From Pyrodictium abyssi (GTDB lineage: Archaea > Thermoproteota > Thermoprotei_A > Sulfolobales > Pyrodictiaceae): DNA of 32,000 nt. Under the pieces are notes generated by a model, which did not search any database, was not told the origin of the DNA, and was given only the letters and a program-made list of their open reading frames with translations. Below, piece by piece: positions 1 to 8,932 of this stretch (within the stretch, counting starts at the first letter, position 1; every line of letters begins with the position of its first letter). Made by a program: the position numbers and the translations under genes. The DNA is taken from contig NZ_AP028907.1 of assembly GCF_036323395.1 (NCBI RefSeq), forward strand, positions 1,140,001 to 1,172,000, in the 5' to 3' direction.

Positions 1-380
1 CAGCTATACCGGTTAATGCTCCTCATAGCCGCCGGCTGCCCTGCCCCCTGGGGGACACTACGCAGCAGCGCTGTGGCTATACCGGGGAGCCGGCCGTAGC
101 TCCAAATGCTATACGGTGCTCCTCCGCTCTAACAGTAGGGGTGCAGGGGACCATTGCCTCGCTCCCTAGGGTCGGAGAGGAGGCTGACTCACAGGGAGTA
201 TGTCCCACACTCGGGGGACTCATGTAGTACACAGTGGAGCTGGGTCTTGCTGGAGATGGAGGGCTTTGACACTGGGCTCCTAGGGGAGCTCGAGTCCACA
301 GGGGACGACCAGCGCCTACTCATGGCCGCGAGAGAGAAGGAGAAGAGGAGGAGCCGGTCTCCCTAGCTGCATGGAGGCTG

Positions 381-1490
381 TTAGTCTCTGCAAGGCCTCG
401 GCTCCGTGACGTACCGTAGCGCTTTTCGTATCCGTGGGTTTTCTTTGGCCTGGCTCTTTAGGAGCTCGTAGAGCCTGCCGTCCCTGCAGGCTTCTCTGGC
501 CTCCCTGGCGGCCTCCAGGGTTATGCTGAGGTTGTGGAGGGCTATGCTCTGTGTATCCCGGCGCATCTCCTGGAGCGTCTCGTGCCGGGTGCAGCCTGGG
601 CATCTGCAGGGCGGCTTCTGGGCGGGGCTTGTCTCCCGTAGGCTTATCCTGGCTGGCTTGGCGCCGCTCGGCTGGTAGTAGAGCCTCTTGGCGGCGGCTA
701 TTATGTAGGTCTTGGAGTCCATGCTGTCGGCGCCTGCTGTGTAGAGGAGGGCTGTGTTCCGGGGGCCTGCGACGCCTAGGAGGTGGATCCAGGTGTCCCA
801 GCCGAGGAGCCTCCTTGCCTCCTGTAGCCGCTGTGCTAGTAGCCACCACTTGGCGGAGTGGGGGACGAGGCCGCCGACGGCGTAGCCGTCGACCCCGTCG
901 AGGCCGGTGCCGGCGTGCTCGCGTAGCTCCCTATCGAGGAGCTCTAGGAGCCTCCGGAGTGCCTCGACCCCGTTGTACTGGAGGACCACTAGGAGCCTCA
1001 TGCCCCGGCGGCTGCGGAGCTGGTAGGCTAGGGCGGCGGCACGGGCTGTGAGCCGGATCCTCTCCGCCACCTCGCCGGGGCAACAGCCGGGGTCCACCTG
1101 GCTCCCGGGGGGCAGGGGGTAGTCGAGGGTGAAGGCCACGTCTGCGCCGAACCGCTCCTGGCGCCGCAGCACCTCCTCCACCAGGTCCTCGCTCCAGCCC
1201 CGGGGCAGCCCCCGGGCCCGGGAGCCGGCCCCGCTGCCGTGGAGCCCGGCGAGCCGGCGCTGCGGGGCCTCGAGGAAGAGGAAGGCGCCGCTATCCACCC
1301 AGGCGCGTATCTCCCCTAGCATGGAGGCCCGGTAGCCGTTGCCGAGGAAGAACGCGTTGAACATCGCGTGGCGCCAGCCCAGCCCACGGGGCGGCGGCAG
1401 CCAGAACGGCGGCGTATTCCCGCCCGCCCCGAGGTTGTGAACCGGCACCACCACCGGCGGCTCAGCCCCGGGCAGCAGCGTCCGCGGCAA
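381..1490 (-). CDS. TGT-superfamily (guanine transglycosylase-like) enzyme, catalytic barrel only, no PUA or C-terminal domains
   Basis: 369-aa ORF with TGT-type motifs in the expected order: WVDSGAF, FTLDYPLP, YAVGGLVP, LLGVAGP...GADSMDS, and zinc site CRCPGC followed by a downstream His (ALHN). Codon usage is GC-rich and host-like. The TTG start at 1490 is uncertain. Confidence 0.75.
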   Translation of the reverse strand: MPRTLLPGAEPPVVVPVHNLGAGGNTPPFWLPPPRGLGWRHAMFNAFFLGNGYRASMLGEIRAWVDSGAFLFLEAPQRRLAGLHGSGAGSRARGLPRGWSEDLVEEVLRRQERFGADVAFTLDYPLPPGSQVDPGCCPGEVAERIRLTARAAALAYQLRSRRGMRLLVVLQYNGVEALRRLLELLDRELREHAGTGLDGVDGYAVGGLVPHSAKWWLLAQRLQEARRLLGWDTWIHLLGVAGPRNTALLYTAGADSMDSKTYIIAAAKRLYYQPSGAKPARISLRETSPAQKPPCRCPGCTRHETLQEMRRDTQSIALHNLSITLEAAREAREACRDGRLYELLKSQAKENPRIRKALRYVTEPRPCRD

Positions 1491-1566
1491 GCCGGGTAGT
1501 CCCTACCCTGCTGCTCCTAGGCCCCGGGCTAAGGGCGTTCCTTCCTCGGATCCTCCTTGGAGGCCT

Positions 1567-2538
1567 CTAGACCTCTAGCTCCCATACAAGCTGGTCTATA
1601 GTCTTCGCTAGGGTCACCATAGTCCTGCCTGGAACATCGCTGGGCTGCACTATTACCACGCCGCGTACCTGCGCCTCGAACTGGTCGAGATAGCCCTCGA
1701 GCCCCTGCCACTTAAGGAGCATGCTGTAGGCCTCCTGGAGTGCCGTAAACCTGTCCCCCGTTAGGGTTTCGAGGGCGACCACGTCGAGTGCTATGAGGTG
1801 GCCTAGCCTCGTAGTGTCACGAAGATAGTCAAGATAGATCTTTAGGGGATCGTCGTCCTCGTGCTGGGCTACCGCGTAGCCTACCCCGGTTAGCCTTGCC
1901 CTCCTCCGGGGCCCTGTTGCAAGGTGGAGCGCGCTAAGGTAGCACCAGCGTAGCCTGAACTCCATGTTAGCCGTATCCTTGCTCACGCCGAGCACATCCC
2001 GGGCCTTCAGCCCTCGCCATACATAGGCCACTGCCTGGAGAGACTTGTGCAGGTTAAATGCCTGGGACTTGGAGAGACCATGCAGCAGTAGGGTCTTCTC
2101 TGGCAACGTGAGCAGCGGCGGGAGCAACGTTACGTCTAGGGGGCTCCTGGCGCCTAGAACCTCGAGGACAGTATCCAGGGTTGTCTCGAGTAAGTTCATA
2201 TCTATGGAGAGCTTTTCAATGAAATAGGTTATCCTGTTGCCATCGACAGCCTCCTCTGCTGGCTTAGCCGTGCTCTTGGGCCTGTAGCCGAGGCTCTCGA
2301 GGCGCTCGTCGGATATAAGCCACTGCTTCTCGGGGGAGTACCGGAGCTTGTTTGTGACGTAGCCTAGGTGCTGCTGGAGAGCCCTGGCTATCTCCTGCCT
2401 GCTATACCCTTTAGCGGCGAGGTAGGCCAGCATGAAGAGTATCCGGGGCGACTGGTATACCCACGTGCCCCCGCCGCGGCGAGGATAGAGACTCGGAAGC
2501 TGGACGAGGGCCCGGGAGCCCGAGCCCCTATGGGGCAA
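1567..2538 (-). CDS. hypothetical protein with N-terminal HTH-like segment
   Basis: 323-aa ORF that overlaps the upstream ATPase gene by 11 nt, consistent with an operon. ILFMLAYLAAKGYSRQEIARALQQHLGYVTNKL resembles a helix-turn-helix. The rest is unrecognised. Confidence 0.55.
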   Translation of the reverse strand: MPHRGSGSRALVQLPSLYPRRGGGTWVYQSPRILFMLAYLAAKGYSRQEIARALQQHLGYVTNKLRYSPEKQWLISDERLESLGYRPKSTAKPAEEAVDGNRITYFIEKLSIDMNLLETTLDTVLEVLGARSPLDVTLLPPLLTLPEKTLLLHGLSKSQAFNLHKSLQAVAYVWRGLKARDVLGVSKDTANMEFRLRWCYLSALHLATGPRRRARLTGVGYAVAQHEDDDPLKIYLDYLRDTTRLGHLIALDVVALETLTGDRFTALQEAYSMLLKWQGLEGYLDQFEAQVRGVVIVQPSDVPGRTMVTLAKTIDQLVWELEV

Positions 2539-3841
2539 GGTTGAGTTCCACCTCTAGCAGCTGTGGGTCAAGCCTCAGGCTCGCTGATACGCTCTTAGCG
2601 GCCTCTCCACGGGCTATATCCCTCAGATTGTTTATCGCCTTCTCGGTCAACATGTAGAGGTCGCCAGCCGTACGTAGTAGGCCTACCTTCCTCAGCCTTT
2701 CAACCATGTCTGCAGTGCTCATAGTTTCTAGCTCGGCGAGCACTTTGCTGCCAATTATTTCTTTAATCCTCGCCTTTACGGCCTCCTTGCCACTTATCAC
2801 GGATTTCGCTCTCTCGATATAGTCGCGCCGGAGTGGTGCATACGCATTCTGGTTTATCCATGCAGCAGTGTAGACTGCTAGAAGCGACGCCCTCGTCTTC
2901 GGGCTTATCCGGCGCGGATACGAGAGCGCGCCATAGGCTAGTATGGCGAGCCTCTCGGTGATGGCATACATCATGCTACCTAGGCTCTGGGCTGTGAGGA
3001 GGAGCCCTACAACAGCACGAGGGTTCCGCAACTGTACACCGAGGCTTCTAATCTCCTCTGCCCAGCTGGCTTCAAGCCCTTCCAGCCTCAGGAGGTTCCT
3101 GAGAAACGCTAGCATGTCCTCGGGCTTTGCTAGTAGCTGCATTGAGGGCTGGAGACGGCTCACTATCTGTATGTCGAAGTAGCCCCATAGAGTAGTCGGT
3201 ATGGTGAAGCTCAGCTTAGCCGGCTTAGCATCGGCGAGGTAGAAGAAGTCCTCCACCATATCGTCCACACCCTTATAGCCATATAGATCCGGGCGCTCGA
3301 TTACTCGCTCGAACTCATCAAGCACCACGAGGCTGTAGTCTTTCAGATGCTCCTCTACAATTGATATGATCTTCTCCGAGCCTTTCCCTTCTATTGTAAA
3401 GGATCTTCCAGCTACATCCTTCAGCATACCATTTAGTATTTCCCTAGGGTCTCTCTGCAGTTCTAGGCCAGCTGTTTCGGCTACCCACTTGACAAGGATC
3501 TCCGGCTTACAAGCCCCGGTTTCTCTTAACACATTGACCGCTTCGACGAAGCTCGGGGCTAGGTCTCTTAACTCGCGCTTTCCGGTTGCACGTAGGAGCC
3601 GGTAGGCTGCTATGACTATAGGTTTCCCGCCGCTCGCAGCCTCCGCAATGGCTGTGAGCAACGCTATAAGGCTCTTGCCCATGCCGTAGAAGCCTCTTAT
3701 ACTGCCCCCATTCTTTAGCACCTGGTAGCCCGTCCGTAGCCATTCGGGTAACGCAGGGTTAGCAGGCCCTTTGAGCCTCTCGATCTCACTACAAATAGCG
3801 GGAAGCGCACGTATAGCCGTAAGCGTAGAAGATACAGACAC
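2528..3841 (-). CDS. P-loop NTPase (archaeal AAA-type ATPase) with C-terminal winged-helix-like tail
   Basis: 437 aa with Walker A GFYGMGKS and Walker B LVVLDEFE. The C-terminal MVERLRKVGLLRTAGDLYMLTEKA is wHTH-like. A hand-counted 60-nt sample (3361-3420) is 42% GC, against about 80% in flanking host genes. Confidence 0.7.
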   Translation of the reverse strand: MSVSSTLTAIRALPAICSEIERLKGPANPALPEWLRTGYQVLKNGGSIRGFYGMGKSLIALLTAIAEAASGGKPIVIAAYRLLRATGKRELRDLAPSFVEAVNVLRETGACKPEILVKWVAETAGLELQRDPREILNGMLKDVAGRSFTIEGKGSEKIISIVEEHLKDYSLVVLDEFERVIERPDLYGYKGVDDMVEDFFYLADAKPAKLSFTIPTTLWGYFDIQIVSRLQPSMQLLAKPEDMLAFLRNLLRLEGLEASWAEEIRSLGVQLRNPRAVVGLLLTAQSLGSMMYAITERLAILAYGALSYPRRISPKTRASLLAVYTAAWINQNAYAPLRRDYIERAKSVISGKEAVKARIKEIIGSKVLAELETMSTADMVERLRKVGLLRTAGDLYMLTEKAINNLRDIARGEAAKSVSASLRLDPQLLEVELNLAP

Positions 3842-3865
3842 AGCTCAATCCCTCGTAGCCTTATT

Positions 3866-4534
3866 CTAGGGCAGGAGTTCTATGAGGTTTTCCCGGGATA
3901 TACTGTTGAGAAGTTCACGCAGCCGTTTAGCCTCCTTCTTCAACTTGTTCAGGGGTATCAGCGGCTCTGGCACTTCTTCTTTCATCTTGGACTCAGCTAC
4001 TACTATAGCTGACCGTATTGCTGCGTATCTAGCAGCCATGTCGCAGAGCGAGACCATGTAGTTCTTGCCGGTGATCTGTCTAAGTTCTACTATTCCCGAC
4101 CTCCTTAACTCCCTTATTATACTGCCTATCACCTTTCTCTCCGCTACCTCGCCCTGAACATACTCATGAAGGATAATAAGTCCTTCAAGCCCCATTGCAG
4201 TTACATAGTTGACTAGACTCGATATCCTGTTCACTCGCGGGGTGAGGGCGTACACTGCTACCACTCCGGCTCTGCTAGGCTCCCTTCTAATCCTTTCACT
4301 CACGGCGCCGAGGTACCGTATAGCCTTAGGTCCATGAGCCTTCCGGTGCGGTCCTAGGAGTAGCAGCTCGAGCCACTTACGCGAGCCGTCTATGCTGCGC
4401 CAGGTGGCTCTTCTAGCCATGCTGGTGGCCGTGGCCTGTAGCGTCTCCACGAGGCCGACTAGCCGCTGGTTCATGGAGTAGAGTACTACGCCTACGCCCT
4501 CGTACCCCATGTACTCGGAGTAGTCTATGCACAT
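3866..4534 (-). CDS. hypothetical protein with winged-helix-like segment
   Basis: 222-aa ORF on the same strand as the ATPase gene, 24 nt upstream of it. IGSIIRELRRSGIVELRQITGKNYMVSL looks like a wHTH. The start is uncertain because there are several in-frame ATGs. Confidence 0.5.
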   Translation of the reverse strand: MCIDYSEYMGYEGVGVVLYSMNQRLVGLVETLQATATSMARRATWRSIDGSRKWLELLLLGPHRKAHGPKAIRYLGAVSERIRREPSRAGVVAVYALTPRVNRISSLVNYVTAMGLEGLIILHEYVQGEVAERKVIGSIIRELRRSGIVELRQITGKNYMVSLCDMAARYAAIRSAIVVAESKMKEEVPEPLIPLNKLKKEAKRLRELLNSISRENLIELLP

Positions 4535-4585
4535 TGCTGCTAGCAGTGCTGCTCCCCAGCGGCTGCGGAGACAGTACCTGGCTGC

Positions 4586-5140
4586 GTGGATTTAGCGTTC
4601 ACGCTGGTCTGGGGTTGTGAGGAGGGCTACAGCTTCAAGGGGTGGCTTTATAGAGGGACCGTGGGTCCCTCTCAGCCTAGAGCAGGGGCGGCGAGAGGAG
4701 GAGACAGGGTGCCGGGGGGTCTCTGCTTCAGCGGCAGCCTGGCGGAGGTGCTGCTGCGGCTCCGGGAGAGGCCGCCGACCTGGCTCCCCGTCACCCCGTG
4801 GCTGGTCCGGGTCACGCTGCGCGGCGACTGCGAGCTAGCAGGGGAGCTGGTGAAGAGGCTGCGGAGCCTCATGGAGCCGGGCCGAGAGAAGGAGCTCGGC
4901 AACGCTCTCCGCGCCTTCGTGGACGAGTGCCGCCCAGGCGAAGGCAGGGCCCTCGCCGTGATAGTGCTGCGGAGCCCTAGCGGCCGGGCCCTAGAGGTCG
5001 CCGTGGAGCCGGACGAGGCCGCCGACCCTGGGCCCGTGGAGCGGGCCGTCCGCTTCCTCTGCGGCTGGGAGCAGGAAGAAGAGAAGGAGGAGAAAGAGGA
5101 GCACGGAGACGAGGCCGGGGAGGAGACGGGGGACGCCTAG
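4586..5140 (+). CDS. hypothetical protein with acidic C-terminal tail
   Basis: 184-aa ORF with a GTG start and host-like codon usage (GC-rich third positions, AGG/CTA). The tail reads EQEEEKEEKEEHGDEAGEETGDA. No family was recognised. Confidence 0.45.
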   Translation: MDLAFTLVWGCEEGYSFKGWLYRGTVGPSQPRAGAARGGDRVPGGLCFSGSLAEVLLRLRERPPTWLPVTPWLVRVTLRGDCELAGELVKRLRSLMEPGREKELGNALRAFVDECRPGEGRALAVIVLRSPSGRALEVAVEPDEAADPGPVERAVRFLCGWEQEEEKEEKEEHGDEAGEETGDA

Positions 5141-5192
5141 ACCCCGCGGCGCCACACGCTCTACACCCGGGGGCTGCGCCTGGGGGAGAGAG

Positions 5193-5444
5193 GTGCAGGG
5201 AATGGGCAAGTGGGCTGAGGAGGCACTGAAGAGGCTCCGGGAGATGGGGCTCGACCCCTACAGGGCGTGGCTCTGCGCCGAGTACGGCATGTGCCCCGAG
5301 GACGTAGACCATGCCGAGGTAGACAGGCTAGTCTTCATGCTGGTAGCAGACCTCGAGGCGGAGGGGCGGAACCCGGTAGCTGAGTGGGAGAAGCGCCACA
5401 TGGAGGAGAGAGCCGGGAAGAGGCCAGCTGTCGCCACAGCCTAG
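5193..5444 (+). CDS. small hypothetical protein
   Basis: 83-aa ORF with host-like codon usage. GGAGAGAGGTG lies just upstream as a possible SD. An alternative ATG start is at 5202. Confidence 0.45.
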   Translation: MQGMGKWAEEALKRLREMGLDPYRAWLCAEYGMCPEDVDHAEVDRLVFMLVADLEAEGRNPVAEWEKRHMEERAGKRPAVATA

Positions 5445-5461
5445 CCCTTCCGCGCCCGCCT

Positions 5462-6172
5462 CTACCAGGCTGCGACCACGACGCCCTTGCTCTGGGCGTA
5501 CTCGGCTACCTCGCGGCCAACCCGTGTACCGGTGAGCACTGGCACCACCCTCTTGCCGGGGTAGCGCCTCGCCACCAGCTCGGCTTTCGCCAGGAGCGCT
5601 GCCACGTCGCTGTGCCGGGGCTGCACCTTTACCTCCACCACGTAGACCGTCCGCTCGGCGACCAGGAGCAGGTCTATGTCCTCGCCGTCTACCCTCGCGT
5701 TCCGCTCCCAGTGCTCGAGCCGCTCGCCGCGGCCGGCTAGCTCGTAGAGCACAGTGTCCATGAAGAACTTGGCGTAGACGCTCTCGCTCAGCGCTCCCAG
5801 CAGGTCCTCGACGCGGGAGACACGGCGGTTCATCTCCCTCAGCTCTCTCCATATCTTCTCTATCTCCTCCCATATCTTCTTGATCTCCTCAATCACCGCC
5901 CGGAACTTCTCGTCGTGCTCCAACAGCTTCCGCTCTATGGCTTCGAACCGCTTACTCGCCTCCTCGAACCTCTTGTCGTGTTCGAGTAGCTTCCGCTCAA
6001 GGGCCTCGAACCTCTTGTTGGAGTCCTCTCGTAGCCGCCGTAGCTCCTCGAGGATCTCCCTGAGGCCGATAAGCCCGGCCACTGCTAGCCGGAACTCCTC
6101 GTCACGCTTCAGCAGCTCCAAGAACCGCTGCTTCAGCTCCTCGTCGCCCAGGGTAGCCAACCTGCTGGACAC
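5462..6172 (-). CDS. coiled-coil protein with C-terminal PD-(D/E)xK-like nuclease fold
   Basis: The N-terminal half is heptad-like with duplicated KRFEA(L/I)ERKLLEHD(K/E)(R/K)F units. The C-terminus has D...EVK in DIDLLLVAERTVYVVEVKV. The track ORF runs to 6376, but that extension overlaps pcp and is Pro/Gly-rich. An in-frame GTG at 6172 is the more plausible start. Confidence 0.6.
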   Translation of the reverse strand: MSSRLATLGDEELKQRFLELLKRDEEFRLAVAGLIGLREILEELRRLREDSNKRFEALERKLLEHDKRFEEASKRFEAIERKLLEHDEKFRAVIEEIKKIWEEIEKIWRELREMNRRVSRVEDLLGALSESVYAKFFMDTVLYELAGRGERLEHWERNARVDGEDIDLLLVAERTVYVVEVKVQPRHSDVAALLAKAELVARRYPGKRVVPVLTGTRVGREVAEYAQSKGVVVAAW

Positions 6173-6250
6173 CCCTTCTCTGAGACATCTACTGGCCCAG
6201 GGGCGCCGGTTAAACCCGCCGGGGCCCAGAGACGCGGGGAGGGGGCGCAC

Positions 6251-6883
6251 ATGGCCAGTACTAGGCCCGTGGCCCTGGTGGCCGGGTTCACCGTGTTCGC
6301 CGGGCTCCAGTTCAACCCCGCCGAGGAGATAGCCCGCCGGCTCGACGGCGCCACCATAGGCGGGCTCCGCGTCCACGCCCTCGTGCTCCCCGTCTCCCTC
6401 CGCCGCGCACTCCCCCTCCTAGAGGAGCGGCTCAGGGCGCTACGGCCCCGCGTAGCCCTGGGCCTAGGCCTCTCGCCCCGCGCAGGGAAGGTCACCCTCG
6501 AGCTAGCCGCCGTAAGCCTAGCCCACTACCCCGACACCCCCGACGAGGACGGCCACCGCGCCGTCCTAGAGCCCCTCGACGCGGGCGGCCCAAGGGCCTA
6601 CACCACCCGCATACCCCTAGAGGCCGCGAGGACCTGCAGCGAGAAGGGGCACCCGGTGACGGTGGGGCTCAGCGCCGGCACCTACCTCTGCAACGCAGCC
6701 GCCTACACCATCCACCGCTACGCCCACCGCCACGGCGCAGCCGGGGGCTTCCTACACCTCCCGCCCTCGACCGAGCTAGCCCACCGCCACCACCTAGAAC
6801 CAGCCACACCCCTCTGGCTCCAGCTAGAAACAGTCAAATGCATACTAGAGGAGACAATACGCCACACAACCCAACGCCCATGA
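6251..6883 (+). CDS. pcp: pyrrolidone-carboxylate (pyroglutamyl) peptidase I
   Basis: 210 aa. It carries the N-terminal GF..F......NP motif, a Glu in VTLELAAVS, the catalytic Cys motif SAGTYLCN and the His motif GGFLHLP. Confidence 0.85.
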   Translation: MASTRPVALVAGFTVFAGLQFNPAEEIARRLDGATIGGLRVHALVLPVSLRRALPLLEERLRALRPRVALGLGLSPRAGKVTLELAAVSLAHYPDTPDEDGHRAVLEPLDAGGPRAYTTRIPLEAARTCSEKGHPVTVGLSAGTYLCNAAAYTIHRYAHRHGAAGGFLHLPPSTELAHRHHLEPATPLWLQLETVKCILEETIRHTTQRP

Positions 6884-6963
6884 GGCTTCCAGTCAGCGCT
6901 ATTTTCCACAACCCTTGGAGCCGCCACCGAGCCCCAGATAAGCAGCCCCTAGCACGCCCACGT

Positions 6964-8453
6964 CTTTCAGTTCTATTGTTTATGATTCACTTCTTGGTCG
7001 AGGACTTTGCGCCGTACTTCTACGTGCCCCTTTCAGTTCTATTTGTTATGATTCCCGGCATCGCAGTCTTTACCGTGGGAGCGGCAGCTCTAGCGCTAAT
7101 GACTTTCAGTTCTATTTGCTATAATTCATGCAGCCGTCGCCGCTGCTCAGCTTGACGTACGCCAGCGGATATGCCTTTCAGTTCTATTTGTTATGATTCC
7201 CACCCCAGCCTTGCTAGTAGATGCTCAAGGTCTGGTGTTAGGCCTTTCAGTTCTATTTGTTATGATTCTCCATTCGGCCTTGGGGGACTCCAGCTCACGG
7301 AGGCGACTCGCCTTTCAGTTCTATTTGTTATGATTCGTCGAGGGGGTGGACGAACTGGGGTGGAGCTACGGCTACAGCTACATCTTTCAGTTCTATTTGT
7401 TATGATTCTCCCCAGGAAGAGGAAGCGCTGCTCGCTCTGCGTGTACTCTGGCTTTCAGTTCTATTTGTTATGATTCTTTGGGAATGTGCTGTTTGTCGTG
7501 ATTGTCACGCTCGCAGAGATCTTTCAGTTCTATTTGTTATGATTCTGACGATAACGTACGGGGGACTCGTGATAGCAGTATCGTGGATAATCTTTCAGTT
7601 CTATTTGTTATGATTCTATTATCGGCAGCAGCACCGGGCTCCAAGCCTTGACGAACTTCTTTCAGTTCTATTTGTTATGATTCTTCTGGGCCTGGGCCAT
7701 GGCTTGCACCAGGGCCTGCATCATCTGGGCTTTCAGTTCTATTTGTTATGATTCGGGCCGGCCAGTATTTCTCCTAGTCCTAAGATCTGCTAGGCTTTCA
7801 GTTCTATTTGTTATGATTCCTCCCCGGGCCGCGGCCACACCCCCGCGAAGCCGCGAGCCTCCATCTTTCAGTTCTATTTGTTATGATTCCTCGCCACGAT
7901 GATACAGATGTGGATAGACTGGCACCAGAGCGAGGCCTTTCAGTTCTATTTGTTATGATTCCTTCATCCGCGAGTTCCCCAGGATAGTCTGGCTAACAAT
8001 CTTTCAGTTCTATTTGTTATGATTCTTGGCATTCGCACATAAGCTAGCTAGCGACCTGGAGGGGCTCTATAGCTTTCAGTTCTATTTGTTATGATTCGGA
8101 GGGCGCTACGAGGTAATAGTGGGCGGGCCTAACTACGATCTAGCAACTTTCAGTTCTATTTGTTATGATTCAAGCGCTGCGATTACATCTACTTCCCGAG
8201 CAGCCTCGTAGAGGCTATCTTTCAGTTCTATTTGTTATGATTCGCGGAGCAGCAGCAAGGCCCAGCGTATGGCCCGGCCCAGCCCCCTTTCAGTTCTATT
8301 TGTTATGATTCCTGGTGCCGGGTGTTGCAGAGGTGGCGTATAGCCCGGATAGCCTCGGGCCTTTCAGTTCTATTTGTTATGATTCCGTGGCCAGAGGATA
8401 GTCGCCTACCTCGACGTCACCGGGGTGGCTTTCAGTTCTATTTGTTATGATTC
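6964..8453 (-). CRISPR. CRISPR array 1: 22 repeats, 21 spacers (39-49 nt)
   Basis: On the + strand the repeat reads CTTTCAGTTCTATTTGTTATGATTC. Repeat starts are 6964, 7030, 7103, 7175, 7244, 7312, 7384, 7452, 7521, 7592, 7659, 7730, 7795, 7865, 7937, 8001, 8073, 8147, 8219, 8287, 8361 and 8429. Repeats 1 and 3 are degenerate and the leader homology lies on the 8454 side, so transcription is inferred to run leftwards. Confidence 0.97.
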
Positions 8454-8882
8454 TGCATTTTGTCCACTTGTATATGTCCTCTTCCTGGTGTTATTTATGT
8501 CTTGTCTCTGCCTTATGGTGGGCTCTGGCTCTGCGTGTCTAGCCCGGTTACATTAGAGTCATTCAAGTATAATGCGTGATCATCAGTGATGGTCCCATCA
8601 ATGGTATTTATTCCACATGACTTATACTCTTTTAATCGATTCCATATGCTCGGTCTCATTTATTCTTTGCTCCCGGTGCCTGAGCTTATGAGTGCAAAGG
8701 ATAAGAAGTACTGGTTAGTGCATGACGAGAAGCTGTAGTAGGCGTTGTTTGTGTCTAGGCTGGTGTTTTGTAGCTCTATGGCTGTGCTTGTCTGCTTGTT
8801 TTAGGCGATGGGTTTACCTGTTCTGGTTTCCGCGTTTGGTGTGCCTGAGTTTATTTGGGGTTGTGGTTGTTATGGTGTCTCC
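8454..8882 (-). promoter_or_regulatory. CRISPR leader of array 1 (leader L1), probably also the upstream region of cas6
   Basis: It is homologous in reverse complement to the leaders of arrays 2 and 3. The conserved ATAAATAACA box (8489-8498, minus sense) lies about 35-44 nt from the first repeat. The conserved 30-nt core is at 8576-8605. The distal part is G/T-rich on the + strand. Confidence 0.8.
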
Positions 8883-8932
8883 TCTGTCTGTCCTGCTGGG
8901 GGTGTTCTGGGCTGGGGTCCGGGAGGGTCTAT

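Noticed and set aside
1-130. Three short direct copies of GCTATAC(C)GG and two of TGCTCCTC at the window edge, and a possible minus-strand ATG at 26 leading out of the window
   Set aside because: They are too short and too few to call a repeat element or a gene. The region is truncated by the window edge. ORF 154..366 has no recognisable features.
316-1335. ORFs 316..849(-), 551..1051(+) and 1129..1335(+) overlapping the TGT-like gene
   Set aside because: These are Arg/Pro/Gly/Ser-rich products typical of off-frame or antisense reading of GC-rich coding DNA. The TGT frame has clear family motifs.
4617-5873. ORFs 4617..4838, 4672..4902, 4798..4980, 4977..5312, 4991..5209, 5328..5873, 5384..5740, 5880..6332 and 6133..6495
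   Set aside because: They overlap better-supported genes in other frames or strands and have R/P/G/S-rich composition.
6838-7902. Track ORFs inside array 1 (6838..7155, 7171..7473, 7699..7902) with recurring LSVLFVMI / FSSICYDS peptides
   Set aside because: The recurring peptides are translations of the CRISPR repeat in two frames, and the ORFs exist only because spacers lack stops. The same applies to 10582..10773 in array 2 and 23187..23459 in array 3.
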